DNA from: Promethearchaeota archaeon
GTDB lineage: Archaea; Asgardarchaeota; Thorarchaeia; Thorarchaeales; Thorarchaeaceae
DNA: 49,642 nt
Assembly (NCBI GenBank): GCA_014728035.1
Contig: WJMJ01000100.1
Location: 1-49,642, forward strand
Reading direction: 5' to 3'
Shown here: positions 8,462 to 18,346 of the stretch, piece after piece
How the letters are laid out: every line of letters begins with the position of its first letter
How positions within the stretch are numbered: the stretch's first letter is position 1
The notes under the pieces: model-generated
The model's database searches: none
What the model was told of the DNA's origin: nothing
Seen by the model: only the letters and a program-made list of their open reading frames with translations
Made by a program: the position numbers and the translations under genes

Positions 8462-11281
8462 TCACCCTGAATACTGTATCTCCTGTGCGATGTTCTTTGA
8501 AAGATAATGCCGCATAATCACTACTGTAGCAATCACTGCGGAAATGAGTGCCAATGATATTAATATTAGAATAAGGTCAATTGGAAAAACCATTAGAACA
8601 GGTAGTCTATTCCATGATAATTGTAGACTTGATCCCATGTATACAAGTGGTATCCGGATAACTAAGGATGAAAATGTTAACGCCAAGACAGAGCCTATTC
8701 CAATTGAAAGAAGCAGTCCGACAAATGTTTCAAATAGACTTGTTTTCAGTATTGACGAATTTTCTGTTCCTAGCGCTCTGAGAATTGAGAATTCTTTTCG
8801 GTAGTTTCGGATTTTTACAAGTGTTACAACAATCATTCCAGCAGTTAGATAGAGGAACGAGAATAGAATGTTCAGGGTATACGAACCGTAAACTGCTTGA
8901 CTCATTCTCGACTCTATCACTTCGTTAGTTTGCAGTATTGCACTATCCACATTTTCAAATAAATCTGGACCCATCTCATAGATATCTGGAATTATGGCAG
9001 AGTGATTTGCATTCGCATTAGTCTTGATGTAAAAATTCGTTATCATGTCGGTATCCATGATATCATGCAAAAAAGCGAGATTCACAATAACAAAACTCTC
9101 AATGTCTGGTTCTCCTGGAAATAGTCCATCGCCGTACAATTGCCTCTGCTCATCAAACCTTGCCATGACATCAACTATTTCGCAATTGTGTTGATATCCT
9201 CCATCTGGAGTTTCAAAGTGAATCGAGATGTTGTTGTGATAGATTGGGGTTCGCTGTCCAAAACTAGTAGGAATATATCGATACACTGGCTTGAAAGATG
9301 AAATCACACTAGAATTATCTTGTTGTAGTTGATTTATGACATGTACTGGATTTGACTCAACAGTGAAGTAGTCTTTCAGGAATGCAACTTCTTCCCAGGA
9401 TGTTGGATTTATTCCAATAATGGTCATGGTTCTATTCACAATGAAATTGTCATAGCCATTGTTTTCAAGATAGCTTACATGCGTCTTCACTTGAAGAATA
9501 CCACTGCATTTTTCTATCCCCTCAATATCTGTGAAGTTTTCCTCTAGACTTGCATTGGCATATTGTCCAATCTTGATTTCAGCATTGATATCCGATCCAA
9601 CATCAAATAGGAATAGTTCTCTTAGATGCACAGAACCTGTATTTGCTGATATTGCCGAAAATAATCCCGCAGTGAAAACTAGTCCTACGAACATTATTCC
9701 TTTTGCTTCACTCTTCTTGTACAGCAGGACAGTTCTTGAAAGAAGTTTTCTCGTTGATGCTAATGAAACGGAACGTATTTTCTCTAAGAATGCTGATTTG
9801 ATCTTAGCTGTGGGGCGAGAGAGTAAACGGCCACCTGCAATAGTAATTAAACCAATTACAGGAAACATAAGGACACTTACACTACCTAGAATGTAACTGC
9901 TACCTTCTTGGAATATAATTAGTGTAACAAGGGTAAGGAGAAAGTACATTCCAATTGCAAGAGCAATCAGTTCCTTTGCTGGACTACCCAAGGATTCATT
10001 TCGTTCTTCATCGGTTCCCGAAATAATTTGATGTGCATGCTTAGGTGTCATTATGAGAGCTTGAATGGTATTGGGTATTGAAACAATAAGTCCCATAACA
10101 AATGCAAATGAAAAGACAAAGACAATTGAATTCCATTGAAGGAGCAAACTGAAATCTTCCAGAAGTGCAGGATCGAATATCAAAAGCTCCTGTACAGTTC
10201 CTGAGATAAAAGTGGCTCCTATACCCAGTAGAATCGAAGCAAAACTGCCAATAGTTCCAGTAAAGATAGCATTACTTAGAACCCAAAAACCTGCTTGCCA
10301 GCTCGAAGCTCCTCTAGTCTTGACTATCCCTACATCTCTTCTTCTTTGGTCTGCCTGCATATCAGAATTGTATGAAATTAGCATATATCCCATGGTCAGA
10401 GTAGGAACAGAGAATGAGATTGAAATTAGAGACATGACAAGAGACCAACTTGCAAACCCTATGGTTGCAAATAATATCTCATAATTTCGAACAGTGATAT
10501 ATGGAATAAGATTTTGTTCCAATCTTCGTGCAATATTTTGGAATTGATCTTGTAAAGCTATTGGATCATTTAGTGACAAGGAACCTGTATCAAACTTCAC
10601 CCAGATCTCATGGTTAACACGATTGTATCCTCCATATCCATATACTCCATATGATTCATTCATTGCATGCTTAGTGATTATCGCATCTAGGGTAGTTCTT
10701 CTTGTTTGTGTTTGATAATCATATCTTTCGAATAATTTAGTATGATAAATTCCAGCCACAATGAAATCTTGTTCAATAACAATTTCATAGTGAGTTTCAT
10801 TTGAAGTGAACCAGATCATTGTATAGTTGTCGCCAATTTCTAGACCACGATATTCCGCGACATCTGCAGAGATAAAGCACGAATCGTTACTGAGAGTGTG
10901 TCCACCTTCTATCATATCAATAGCTCGTGGATACCTTTCAAGGAATAATTCGTCTATTCCAAGATAGGTGAATTCTCGGTAGTCATCTGAAAAATAGAAA
11001 CCTTCCAGAATCAACACATCTGTAGTAGATTCTATATCGGATTGTTCTTGAACTGTTGAGTGTATCTCTTCTATGGTGATATCTGGATGGGCATAGTAAT
11101 ATTGTGTAAGTCGTATTTGCATATGATTTGGTGAATCCTCCAACATGTCTTCAAACACTGTCGGGCCAATGCTATCTATATAGAACAGAATTCCACCTAG
11201 AATCCCAGCTGAAAGTGCGAATATCACAATAGTTAGTGTAATCTCTGGATATCTTGATGATATTCTAGAACCCAAAAACAT
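8462..11281 (-). CDS. FtsX/MacB-like ABC permease (duplicated architecture)
   Basis: Two halves, each TM + large extracellular domain + TM cluster. Motifs RRRDVGIVKTRGAS and YRKEFSILRALG. Confidence 0.88.
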   Translation of the reverse strand: MFLGSRISSRYPEITLTIVIFALSAGILGGILFYIDSIGPTVFEDMLEDSPNHMQIRLTQYYYAHPDITIEEIHSTVQEQSDIESTTDVLILEGFYFSDDYREFTYLGIDELFLERYPRAIDMIEGGHTLSNDSCFISADVAEYRGLEIGDNYTMIWFTSNETHYEIVIEQDFIVAGIYHTKLFERYDYQTQTRRTTLDAIITKHAMNESYGVYGYGGYNRVNHEIWVKFDTGSLSLNDPIALQDQFQNIARRLEQNLIPYITVRNYEILFATIGFASWSLVMSLISISFSVPTLTMGYMLISYNSDMQADQRRRDVGIVKTRGASSWQAGFWVLSNAIFTGTIGSFASILLGIGATFISGTVQELLIFDPALLEDFSLLLQWNSIVFVFSFAFVMGLIVSIPNTIQALIMTPKHAHQIISGTDEERNESLGSPAKELIALAIGMYFLLTLVTLIIFQEGSSYILGSVSVLMFPVIGLITIAGGRLLSRPTAKIKSAFLEKIRSVSLASTRKLLSRTVLLYKKSEAKGIMFVGLVFTAGLFSAISANTGSVHLRELFLFDVGSDINAEIKIGQYANASLEENFTDIEGIEKCSGILQVKTHVSYLENNGYDNFIVNRTMTIIGINPTSWEEVAFLKDYFTVESNPVHVINQLQQDNSSVISSFKPVYRYIPTSFGQRTPIYHNNISIHFETPDGGYQHNCEIVDVMARFDEQRQLYGDGLFPGEPDIESFVIVNLAFLHDIMDTDMITNFYIKTNANANHSAIIPDIYEMGPDLFENVDSAILQTNEVIESRMSQAVYGSYTLNILFSFLYLTAGMIVVTLVKIRNYRKEFSILRALGTENSSILKTSLFETFVGLLLSIGIGSVLALTFSSLVIRIPLVYMGSSLQLSWNRLPVLMVFPIDLILILISLALISAVIATVVIMRHYLSKNIAQEIQYSG

Positions 11282-14049
11282 TACACATCACCTCCATACG
11301 GTCCAGCCTCAGTCCATGACGCATTCAAGGTTTCTGCTAAGTTAACTTTTGAAGTTGTAAAAGCAATACCGATTACAAATATTGCAATTGCAGCAATGAA
11401 AAAGAGAAGAATCGATAGTAGTAGAAACCAAGGAACTGATAGAATCATAGTTATTGGAAACATGAATTGATAGTCTTCGTATGAGCTGATGTGAGTTGAC
11501 ATATTGTTGATAATTAGGACTGGTGTGTAGATTATTAGGAAGATGATACTGAGAAAGCTGATGACAAACATCTCTGCACTTTGAGCTTTAACTATTAGAT
11601 TTCTATCTGCTCCAAGTGAATGCAACAATGCAATCTCTCTTTTTCTATTTCTAATCCCCTCAGCTGCATACAATAAGAATGACCCAAAAACAACAAGAAT
11701 CTCTATTCCTAATAACATAGAATCTACAGACCGATCTATATGATATTGAGAATTTGATTGGTATGTGTCCATTACATTTGAAACACTTTGCCAAAGATTA
11801 TATTGGAAAATAGGTCCTGCGCCTTGTTCAAGCAATTTTTCTACAAGTTTCGTGCCGTTCACATTGTCTTTGGTTCGTACACACACTCTAATATCACTCG
11901 TTGATATGTTGAGCGTACTATTGATGTAGTTCCAATTTACCCATATTGCTCTTTTTCCAACTCGGAATCCACTGTCAATAATATTGACACTTGGATGTTC
12001 ATAGTGGATTCGTATCCTTCTAAACAAATTCGTATCAGGAAGAGCATCTGTAATATCTACTACAATGAATGTAACGATATTCGTTTCACTCATTGAATTT
12101 TGAAAAGCTCTGAAGCTGTCTCCAACAGAGAGTTCATAGATATTAGCGATATCTGCGGTGATTATAGCTCCGCTTGGTGTGTCAGCAAGAAGTCTTAGAG
12201 AATCATCAAGTGTTGTTTCATTTAATGGATTCCCACTGGCATCAAATCCAACATTTCGATATTCTAAGGGGTTGATTGCTGTAATCCGCGCACCCTCTGA
12301 ATATGTCGCACTTAAACCGAGAGGAACATTTCTAACAATTGCAGCAGCTTCTGTACCTTCATAAGATGTGATATTTGTGAGAAATTCATCCAATTCGGAA
12401 TCGTAATCCTGCGAGATATAAAACGATACATCAGCTCCTATTCCAAATCTAGTTTGACCAATCTTGGTTGTTGGAATTGACGAGTGTAACGTTGCACTGG
12501 TCCAGACTAAACTAATTGATAGAACTAGAACCATCATTGCAGGCCCTGCTGATGAAGCTTCCTTTCCTAATCTTCTAACACCAATAGCAGATGGAAGAAA
12601 TCCTGTGATTTTACTTGTTGATGCCGCTAATATCGTCGATCCTCGCCTCAGAGCTTTTGTGCAAAGGCTTGCTAAAGCAGCAAATAACACAGCTGGTAAT
12701 ATTACTAGGATTGGTATCAGGAATGGAAATGAGTAGATGAGATTTCCAGCGCTGAAAGCCATAAATAATGCAATAAACGACCCAATCAGTACGATGCTAT
12801 CCCATCTGATGTAGGTCAAAATTCTAGAAAGCTTTGCTAGTTTCCCTTCTGATTCATCAACACGTTTCTTTGTCGAATAGACCATACGATATGAAACAAG
12901 TACAAATATTGGTAACAGCAGTCCTGAAACTCCAGATATAACCAAAGATTCTGATGTGACCATTAAAGGTTCAGTGAATACTTTCGCAAAATCAAATACT
13001 AGGAAGTCTATAGAAGCAATTCCTACTCTGCTGAATAAAACTCCAAATAGTAGTCCCAATGGAATTGAAACAAGAGAAATCAATGCAAGTTCTCTATTTT
13101 CAATACTTTGGATTTTCTCCTCAGACGCACCTCTAGCTATCAACATGCTACTTTCGTATCTTCTTTCATTGATATTGTTTCGAATAGCTAGGAATATCAC
13201 AAATGCAACTAATAATCCGATTCCAGCTGATCTTGATAGCTGCGCAATTCTTTGGAGAGTTTGCCATTGGATGAAAGAAAAGAGAGCTTGTGAAAGATAA
13301 TTATCCACATAGTAATTAGAATATCCAAATTCGGGTTCATAAAATGGGTCAAGTCTCATGATTGCATTGTTAATGTCTTCCAAATACCCCATACTCCCAC
13401 CTGTATTAAAGGGAGTTAGTGGCCTTCTATCTATTTCGATTACGAGTTTCTCATCTCTTCGGATAGGTTCTATAATCCCTTCAGAAATAATTGCCTGAGT
13501 TGGAAAATAGGATGGTGCATGTTCAGAGCTAGGGTTGATGAAATCTATTATTCCCACAACGGTAACGATACTGAACTCTTCGTAATCCATCGTGTAATTG
13601 AGCATCTGTCCAATTGTGATGCTCCTGTCCTGAGCATACTGTGAATGAAATGCAATTTGATTGGACGCTGTAGGTAATGAACCATTGATCAACTCCACCG
13701 TATTTGAAAATTCTGAGAAGAAATCTGCACTAAATTCCCAAGTTTCACAAAACATGTTGTTATTTGAATCAAGGGGAACAAATTCAATATAGGCGTAATT
13801 TATGTCTATTACCTTGGTTATACCATTAATCTCCTGGACATTGTCTGTTTGAGATATGATATTGGGTCCAATTGCCATCATCGCGATTGGCCCAACATCC
13901 ATTTCCTTTTCCCATTGATGGATGGAATATGAATCAACATAAATCGTTAAACTGGTGAACAATGTTGATGCTAGAATGAATGATAGAAGAGTGAGACCTT
14001 TTCTTCTCTTGCTTTGAAATACATCATATCCAACTGGTGTCGCAGTCAA
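11281..14049 (-). CDS. FtsX/MacB-like ABC permease (duplicated architecture)
   Basis: Motifs ERRYESSMLIARGAS and RKREIALLHSLGA. Stop overlaps the next start by 1 nt. Confidence 0.88.
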   Translation of the reverse strand: MTATPVGYDVFQSKRRKGLTLLSFILASTLFTSLTIYVDSYSIHQWEKEMDVGPIAMMAIGPNIISQTDNVQEINGITKVIDINYAYIEFVPLDSNNNMFCETWEFSADFFSEFSNTVELINGSLPTASNQIAFHSQYAQDRSITIGQMLNYTMDYEEFSIVTVVGIIDFINPSSEHAPSYFPTQAIISEGIIEPIRRDEKLVIEIDRRPLTPFNTGGSMGYLEDINNAIMRLDPFYEPEFGYSNYYVDNYLSQALFSFIQWQTLQRIAQLSRSAGIGLLVAFVIFLAIRNNINERRYESSMLIARGASEEKIQSIENRELALISLVSIPLGLLFGVLFSRVGIASIDFLVFDFAKVFTEPLMVTSESLVISGVSGLLLPIFVLVSYRMVYSTKKRVDESEGKLAKLSRILTYIRWDSIVLIGSFIALFMAFSAGNLIYSFPFLIPILVILPAVLFAALASLCTKALRRGSTILAASTSKITGFLPSAIGVRRLGKEASSAGPAMMVLVLSISLVWTSATLHSSIPTTKIGQTRFGIGADVSFYISQDYDSELDEFLTNITSYEGTEAAAIVRNVPLGLSATYSEGARITAINPLEYRNVGFDASGNPLNETTLDDSLRLLADTPSGAIITADIANIYELSVGDSFRAFQNSMSETNIVTFIVVDITDALPDTNLFRRIRIHYEHPSVNIIDSGFRVGKRAIWVNWNYINSTLNISTSDIRVCVRTKDNVNGTKLVEKLLEQGAGPIFQYNLWQSVSNVMDTYQSNSQYHIDRSVDSMLLGIEILVVFGSFLLYAAEGIRNRKREIALLHSLGADRNLIVKAQSAEMFVISFLSIIFLIIYTPVLIINNMSTHISSYEDYQFMFPITMILSVPWFLLLSILLFFIAAIAIFVIGIAFTTSKVNLAETLNASWTEAGPYGGDV

Positions 14050-14067
14050 TTGATACTCCCCATTGCT

Positions 14068-14763
14068 TTATTGAGGTTCCATTTGCCCGTCTCTCATCTT
14101 ATGGACCCTATCTAATTTCTTTCCTACCTCTGGGTCATGAGTAACAACTAGTAATGTGCCGCCCTCTTTGCGAGTCAATTCGATTAGCACTTTCATGACC
14201 TCATCACCTGTATGAGTATCAAGGTCTCCTGTGGGTTCATCAGCTAGTACTATTACAGAACCATTTTCTGCTGGTGGTTTTGCAAGAGAACGAGCAATTG
14301 CAACTCGTTGTTGTTCTCCTCCGCTTAATTCGTCAGGTCTATGGTCTGCACGTTCCTCTAACCCAACAAGTTGAAGGAGGTGGTTAACTCGTTCATGCCT
14401 GATATCTTCATCAACACCTGCAATCAATAGCGGAAGTTCTACATTTTCTCTTGCAGACAATACAGGAAGAAGGTTGAAGAACTGGAATACAAAACTGATT
14501 TTGTTTCTTCTTACATAAGTCAGTTCTTTTTGTTTCATATCAGTTATATCAATACCGTCAAGGATAACTCGACCTTCAGTAGGTCGGTCAAGAGCTCCAA
14601 TAAGATTCAGTAAGGTGGTCTTTCCAGAACCACTGGGCCCCATTATTCCAATGACCGCTCCCTTTTCTACCTCTAGTGACACTCCACGTAGTGCATGGAC
14701 CTCGATTTCACCCATATAGTACACTCGTGATACGTTTTGAAGGTCTATTATTGGTGTGTTCAA
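14068..14763 (-). CDS. ABC ATPase (LolD/MacB type)
   Basis: [44 protein letters not shown]. Confidence 0.93.
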   Translation of the reverse strand: MNTPIIDLQNVSRVYYMGEIEVHALRGVSLEVEKGAVIGIMGPSGSGKTTLLNLIGALDRPTEGRVILDGIDITDMKQKELTYVRRNKISFVFQFFNLLPVLSARENVELPLLIAGVDEDIRHERVNHLLQLVGLEERADHRPDELSGGEQQRVAIARSLAKPPAENGSVIVLADEPTGDLDTHTGDEVMKVLIELTRKEGGTLLVVTHDPEVGKKLDRVHKMRDGQMEPQ

Positions 14764-14916
14764 ATTCCCACCCCAAATGTTGTATGCAATATTTTGCTTT
14801 CTTGAGGGCTATTAAACTAATTGTTCAAAGTACGTTTATATCAGCTATATCCTTCTTCACGAGGGAAGCTTTATTTCGGGTTATGACATTCTCCAGACAT
14901 AAAATAGTAACAGAGA

Positions 14917-15564
14917 ATGGGAGATATGCCTGAAGAAATCAAAACAATGACATACGAGTTCTTCAGTTGGAGAGGCTTTTTTGTAGGTGCTTTATTGATA
15001 GTCATCTCTATGGTTGTTCAATCTCTTATCAGTTTCCCTCAAATTTGGCTAGAGCGAACATTCTCTTTTACTTTCCTCGTTGCTTTCTCAGCAATGACCA
15101 TCGGTACTGCTTCAGGTGGCGTTTTAGTTTATCTCTTTCCTCCTGATCAAGATGTCATCGGCGTGGCTGGTCTTGGCAGTGATGATGCAACTCAACATAT
15201 GGCATTATTCCTGATATTGGTTTCATTGGTTCAGCCATTGATGAGTGGATTCATCTTTTTCTTTGATTATTATAGCGCAGATGAATTCATTTTCATTTGG
15301 GTGATTACAGACTTTCTCGCACCCAGCGCAGGATTTACTGCATCCTTACTACATCGGACAAACACTATTGCACAGGATTTGAAATCATATTTCTCAGAAA
15401 ACACTCGTTTGAAGTTATCAGAACTTGAATGGCTACATGGAGTTGGACCTAGAACTGCCGCATATCGTATGGGGATGCTAGAAAATGCGATTAGAAGAGT
15501 GAAAGATGTTCATTTGAGAGGCCATGAGGTTGTTTTTGAAAAGGATCCATTTCCTATCGGATAA
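14917..15564 (+). CDS. membrane protein, unknown function
   Basis: About four TM helices followed by a soluble C-terminal region. Confidence 0.7.
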   Translation: MGDMPEEIKTMTYEFFSWRGFFVGALLIVISMVVQSLISFPQIWLERTFSFTFLVAFSAMTIGTASGGVLVYLFPPDQDVIGVAGLGSDDATQHMALFLILVSLVQPLMSGFIFFFDYYSADEFIFIWVITDFLAPSAGFTASLLHRTNTIAQDLKSYFSENTRLKLSELEWLHGVGPRTAAYRMGMLENAIRRVKDVHLRGHEVVFEKDPFPIG

Positions 15565-15567
15565 AAT

Positions 15568-15876
15568 TCACGAATGCTTCTTTTTAACATGAACCGCCAT
15601 TCCCTCTTCTGTCCATGCGACCCATGAGCATCTCAAACATGAAAATGCTTTACTCCCGAGCCCAAACCGCGGTGGGTCTTTCTTTTCTAGTTCGAAGATT
15701 GTTCCACCATAGCCACTTCTTTTCTTACTTATCACTTTGAAACGTTTCTCGAAACATTTTGTACAGATGCCTAGATTCATCTGTTCATCTCTGGCATAAT
15801 TTTCCTCCAAAGTTTTAGCTGGAGGAAGTTGCCCAATCTCGTCACCACAGCTTTCACATCGTTCGCTCGACTTCAT
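15568..15876 (-). CDS. small zinc-binding protein with C4 site plus C-terminal C2H2 finger
   Basis: CESC...CTKC plus F-S-C-L-R-C-x12-H-x4-H. ATG at 15876 preferred over TTG at 15882. Confidence 0.75.
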   Translation of the reverse strand: MKSSERCESCGDEIGQLPPAKTLEENYARDEQMNLGICTKCFEKRFKVISKKRSGYGGTIFELEKKDPPRFGLGSKAFSCLRCSWVAWTEEGMAVHVKKKHS

Positions 15877-16022
15877 CACCAACTTGCGGAAATATTACAT
15901 AAACCCACTACATGGTATTATTACGCACGAGTATTTTACTTATACGGTTGTTGAGTGTAGCAAACTTCCGATATCATGGTCTATTTTTTTCTGAATCGTT
16001 TCGATATGGTAAAATCTTCATG

Positions 16023-17513
16023 CTACAAGTTTTGGGCAAATAATTCTGCAGCAGTTTGAAAGACTTCTTCGACTCCTTCACCTGTCAAACAAGAACATTC
16101 AATAAACGCTACTGGGTGCAATTTATTTCCATTAGCAAACTTCTGTGCTAGCTGATCTGCTAAAGCAAATCCCTCTTTGTGTGAAACAGGATCGTCTCCA
16201 GTATCTACCGAAACCTCACCCCGCTCATCTATTTTGTTGCCAACAATAACAACTGGCGGAACATAGTCACATGTTGTGGTAGCTTCTTTCAACCAGAATT
16301 CCACACTATCAAAACTCCAACGATCTGATGTGGAATATACAATTATTAGGACATCTGGAGATGCATAGAATTGACTCCTTGATACTTTTGCTTTCACTGC
16401 TTCATCGAAAGACCAAATTTGGAGGTTCACTCTGTGTGTTGGAACAGTATACATTTTTTGCTGGACATATGGTGCTTTTGTACCATTTCCTGAAACTGGT
16501 ACTGGCTCCATCTCTGCCTTTTTCTGTAAACTTTGTTTTCCAACATCCTCCTCACCAAGAATCAATGTCTTTGCTTCTACTATTGGTTTGATAGCATGGT
16601 CTGGGAGAACTGTTGATTTTTCTTCTTCTGTAGGAGAAACTTTACCTTTTGCTGTACTACCCTCAATTTCAACAGCAGGGATGTCCACAGATACTTTCTC
16701 TGGCTCTTCTTCGATGTCTGCTTCACTTGAAACAACTTTTGGTTTTGCCCTTGACGTGCCCAAACTCACTTCGGGTAGACTGATATCCACTTTTGTTTCT
16801 TGTACTTCTTCATCATCCAATATTACAGGTTGTGAAGCAACAGCACTTGTTGCAGCTGTTACTTCTTCTGATCCCTCAACTCTGATAGCGATTTTTTGTT
16901 TCTCATCCTTTTTCACTTCGATTGGCTCTGCAATAAATTCATCACTTAAAGCTTCGACTGCTGCTAGAGCTTCAGCAACATCATCAAATTCCATATCTCC
17001 AATAATTGGTTTCTTCTTCTCTTCAAAGCTGACTTCTGGACTTTTGATGAACGCAGCAGCGATTGACGAGGAACTTTTTCCTGATGATCCATCACTATGT
17101 GCTTGTACACTGACCTGATGAGCTGAAGTTTTCACGACAACTTCTTCAGTTTCTTGATCTTTTTCAGTTTCTGAAATGTGTGATTCTTTTCGAGAAGGCG
17201 TTTCTGTCATGGATGGTGTTTCAAGATCTGCAGTTTCAGTTTTTTCTATCTCGTCCTCTTCTACTGCAGATTCAAGGTCTTCTTCATCGACGATTTTCTT
17301 TACCTGTGGAACTCCAATCTTCAACAGTACTCCTTTAAGAATTCCGGGAGCAAGGATTTTCCTACGTGCTTTGAAGAACAGTTCTACATCTTCTAGTATT
17401 TCGTCAAATGACCTATTCTTTGTAGGTACTTTTTTCTTAACTAGACCTTTGTCTCGTATTTCTACATAACCAGGTATAAGCATCAGTCCGATTGTTGTCC
17501 CTTGTACTATCAA
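16023..17513 (-). CDS. protein with long acidic low-complexity region and C-terminal degenerate Ras/Rab-like G domain
   Basis: KTLILGEEDVGKQSL (G1-like), LQIWSFDE (G3 altered), VVIVGNKID (G4), FIECSCLTGEGVEEVF (G5). Confidence 0.82.
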   Translation of the reverse strand: MIVQGTTIGLMLIPGYVEIRDKGLVKKKVPTKNRSFDEILEDVELFFKARRKILAPGILKGVLLKIGVPQVKKIVDEEDLESAVEEDEIEKTETADLETPSMTETPSRKESHISETEKDQETEEVVVKTSAHQVSVQAHSDGSSGKSSSSIAAAFIKSPEVSFEEKKKPIIGDMEFDDVAEALAAVEALSDEFIAEPIEVKKDEKQKIAIRVEGSEEVTAATSAVASQPVILDDEEVQETKVDISLPEVSLGTSRAKPKVVSSEADIEEEPEKVSVDIPAVEIEGSTAKGKVSPTEEEKSTVLPDHAIKPIVEAKTLILGEEDVGKQSLQKKAEMEPVPVSGNGTKAPYVQQKMYTVPTHRVNLQIWSFDEAVKAKVSRSQFYASPDVLIIVYSTSDRWSFDSVEFWLKEATTTCDYVPPVVIVGNKIDERGEVSVDTGDDPVSHKEGFALADQLAQKFANGNKLHPVAFIECSCLTGEGVEEVFQTAAELFAQNL

Positions 17514-17698
17514 GTCTTAACATGGCTCCCTTGAGTACTAACATTACAAATAGCTTTGAAATCTTAACTCTTTCGTCACTTATTAAAGATACGTGGAGGA
17601 ATTATCATAAGTTGCAGTAAATCTGATAATTGACAGCGACCACATCCAACAGAAAGAAATATGACTATTCATGGTAGCTGAAATATGAGGATGAATCC

Positions 17699-18262
17699 AT
17701 GACAGATGAAATCGACTTTCGAGATTATGTGGATGTAATCAAAGACTGGCCCGAACCAGGCAAAGCAGTATGCGATATCAGTCGTTTACTAGAGCACCCA
17801 TCGGTCTTTCACGAAGCTGTGGTAGCTCTTGCTAAACCTTTTGTAGAACTCCAACCAAACAAGGTATTAGGAATCGAACAACGTGGATTAGCTCTTGGAA
17901 GTGCAATTGCATATTATCTTGGCTGTGGAATTGTTCCTGCTCGATCAATTGCATATGTTCCTGAGGATTATAGCAGACCAGTCGAATGGCTTCCATCCAG
18001 TAGATTTGCTGATAGAAGACTTGCTTTGGTTTCAGAATCTATCGACCCTGGAGATAGAGTCGCGATTGTTGATGACTGGCTTATTCAAGGGACAACTGTC
18101 TTAGCTGTTGCTAAAGTCGTAGAAAAGCTAGAAGCATCGGTTGTTGGTGTAGCATGTGTCATAAATAATATGACAGAGACCAGAAGAAAACTACTTGGTC
18201 GTCCTGAGATTCATTCTCTGATTGAAAATCTTGCAACTGATGTACTAAATCCAGTAGATTAA
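17699..18262 (+). CDS. apt: adenine phosphoribosyltransferase-like type I PRTase
   Basis: DWPEPG..CDISRLL, GIEQRGLALG and PRPP motif VAIVDDWLIQGTT (somewhat divergent). Confidence 0.75.
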   Translation: MTDEIDFRDYVDVIKDWPEPGKAVCDISRLLEHPSVFHEAVVALAKPFVELQPNKVLGIEQRGLALGSAIAYYLGCGIVPARSIAYVPEDYSRPVEWLPSSRFADRRLALVSESIDPGDRVAIVDDWLIQGTTVLAVAKVVEKLEASVVGVACVINNMTETRRKLLGRPEIHSLIENLATDVLNPVD

Positions 18263-18311
18263 ATTCTTTTGAGCCCGAGAAGCTTTTCTCTGGCTCTTAT
18301 TTATTACTATC

Positions 18312-18346
18312 AAAAAAAAGAGGGATGGGTCATAGCCCATCTTCTC
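18312..18346 (-). terminator. stem-loop + T-run after fadD-like gene
   Basis: On the minus strand: GATGGG-CTATGA-CCCATC, then CCTC and T8. Confidence 0.5.

Noticed and set aside
8544-13300. Numerous plus-strand ORFs inside the permease genes (also 16588..17118, 19092..19685, 46645..47061, 49068..49499 and others)
   Set aside because: Antisense shadows of well-supported genes, with no motifs.
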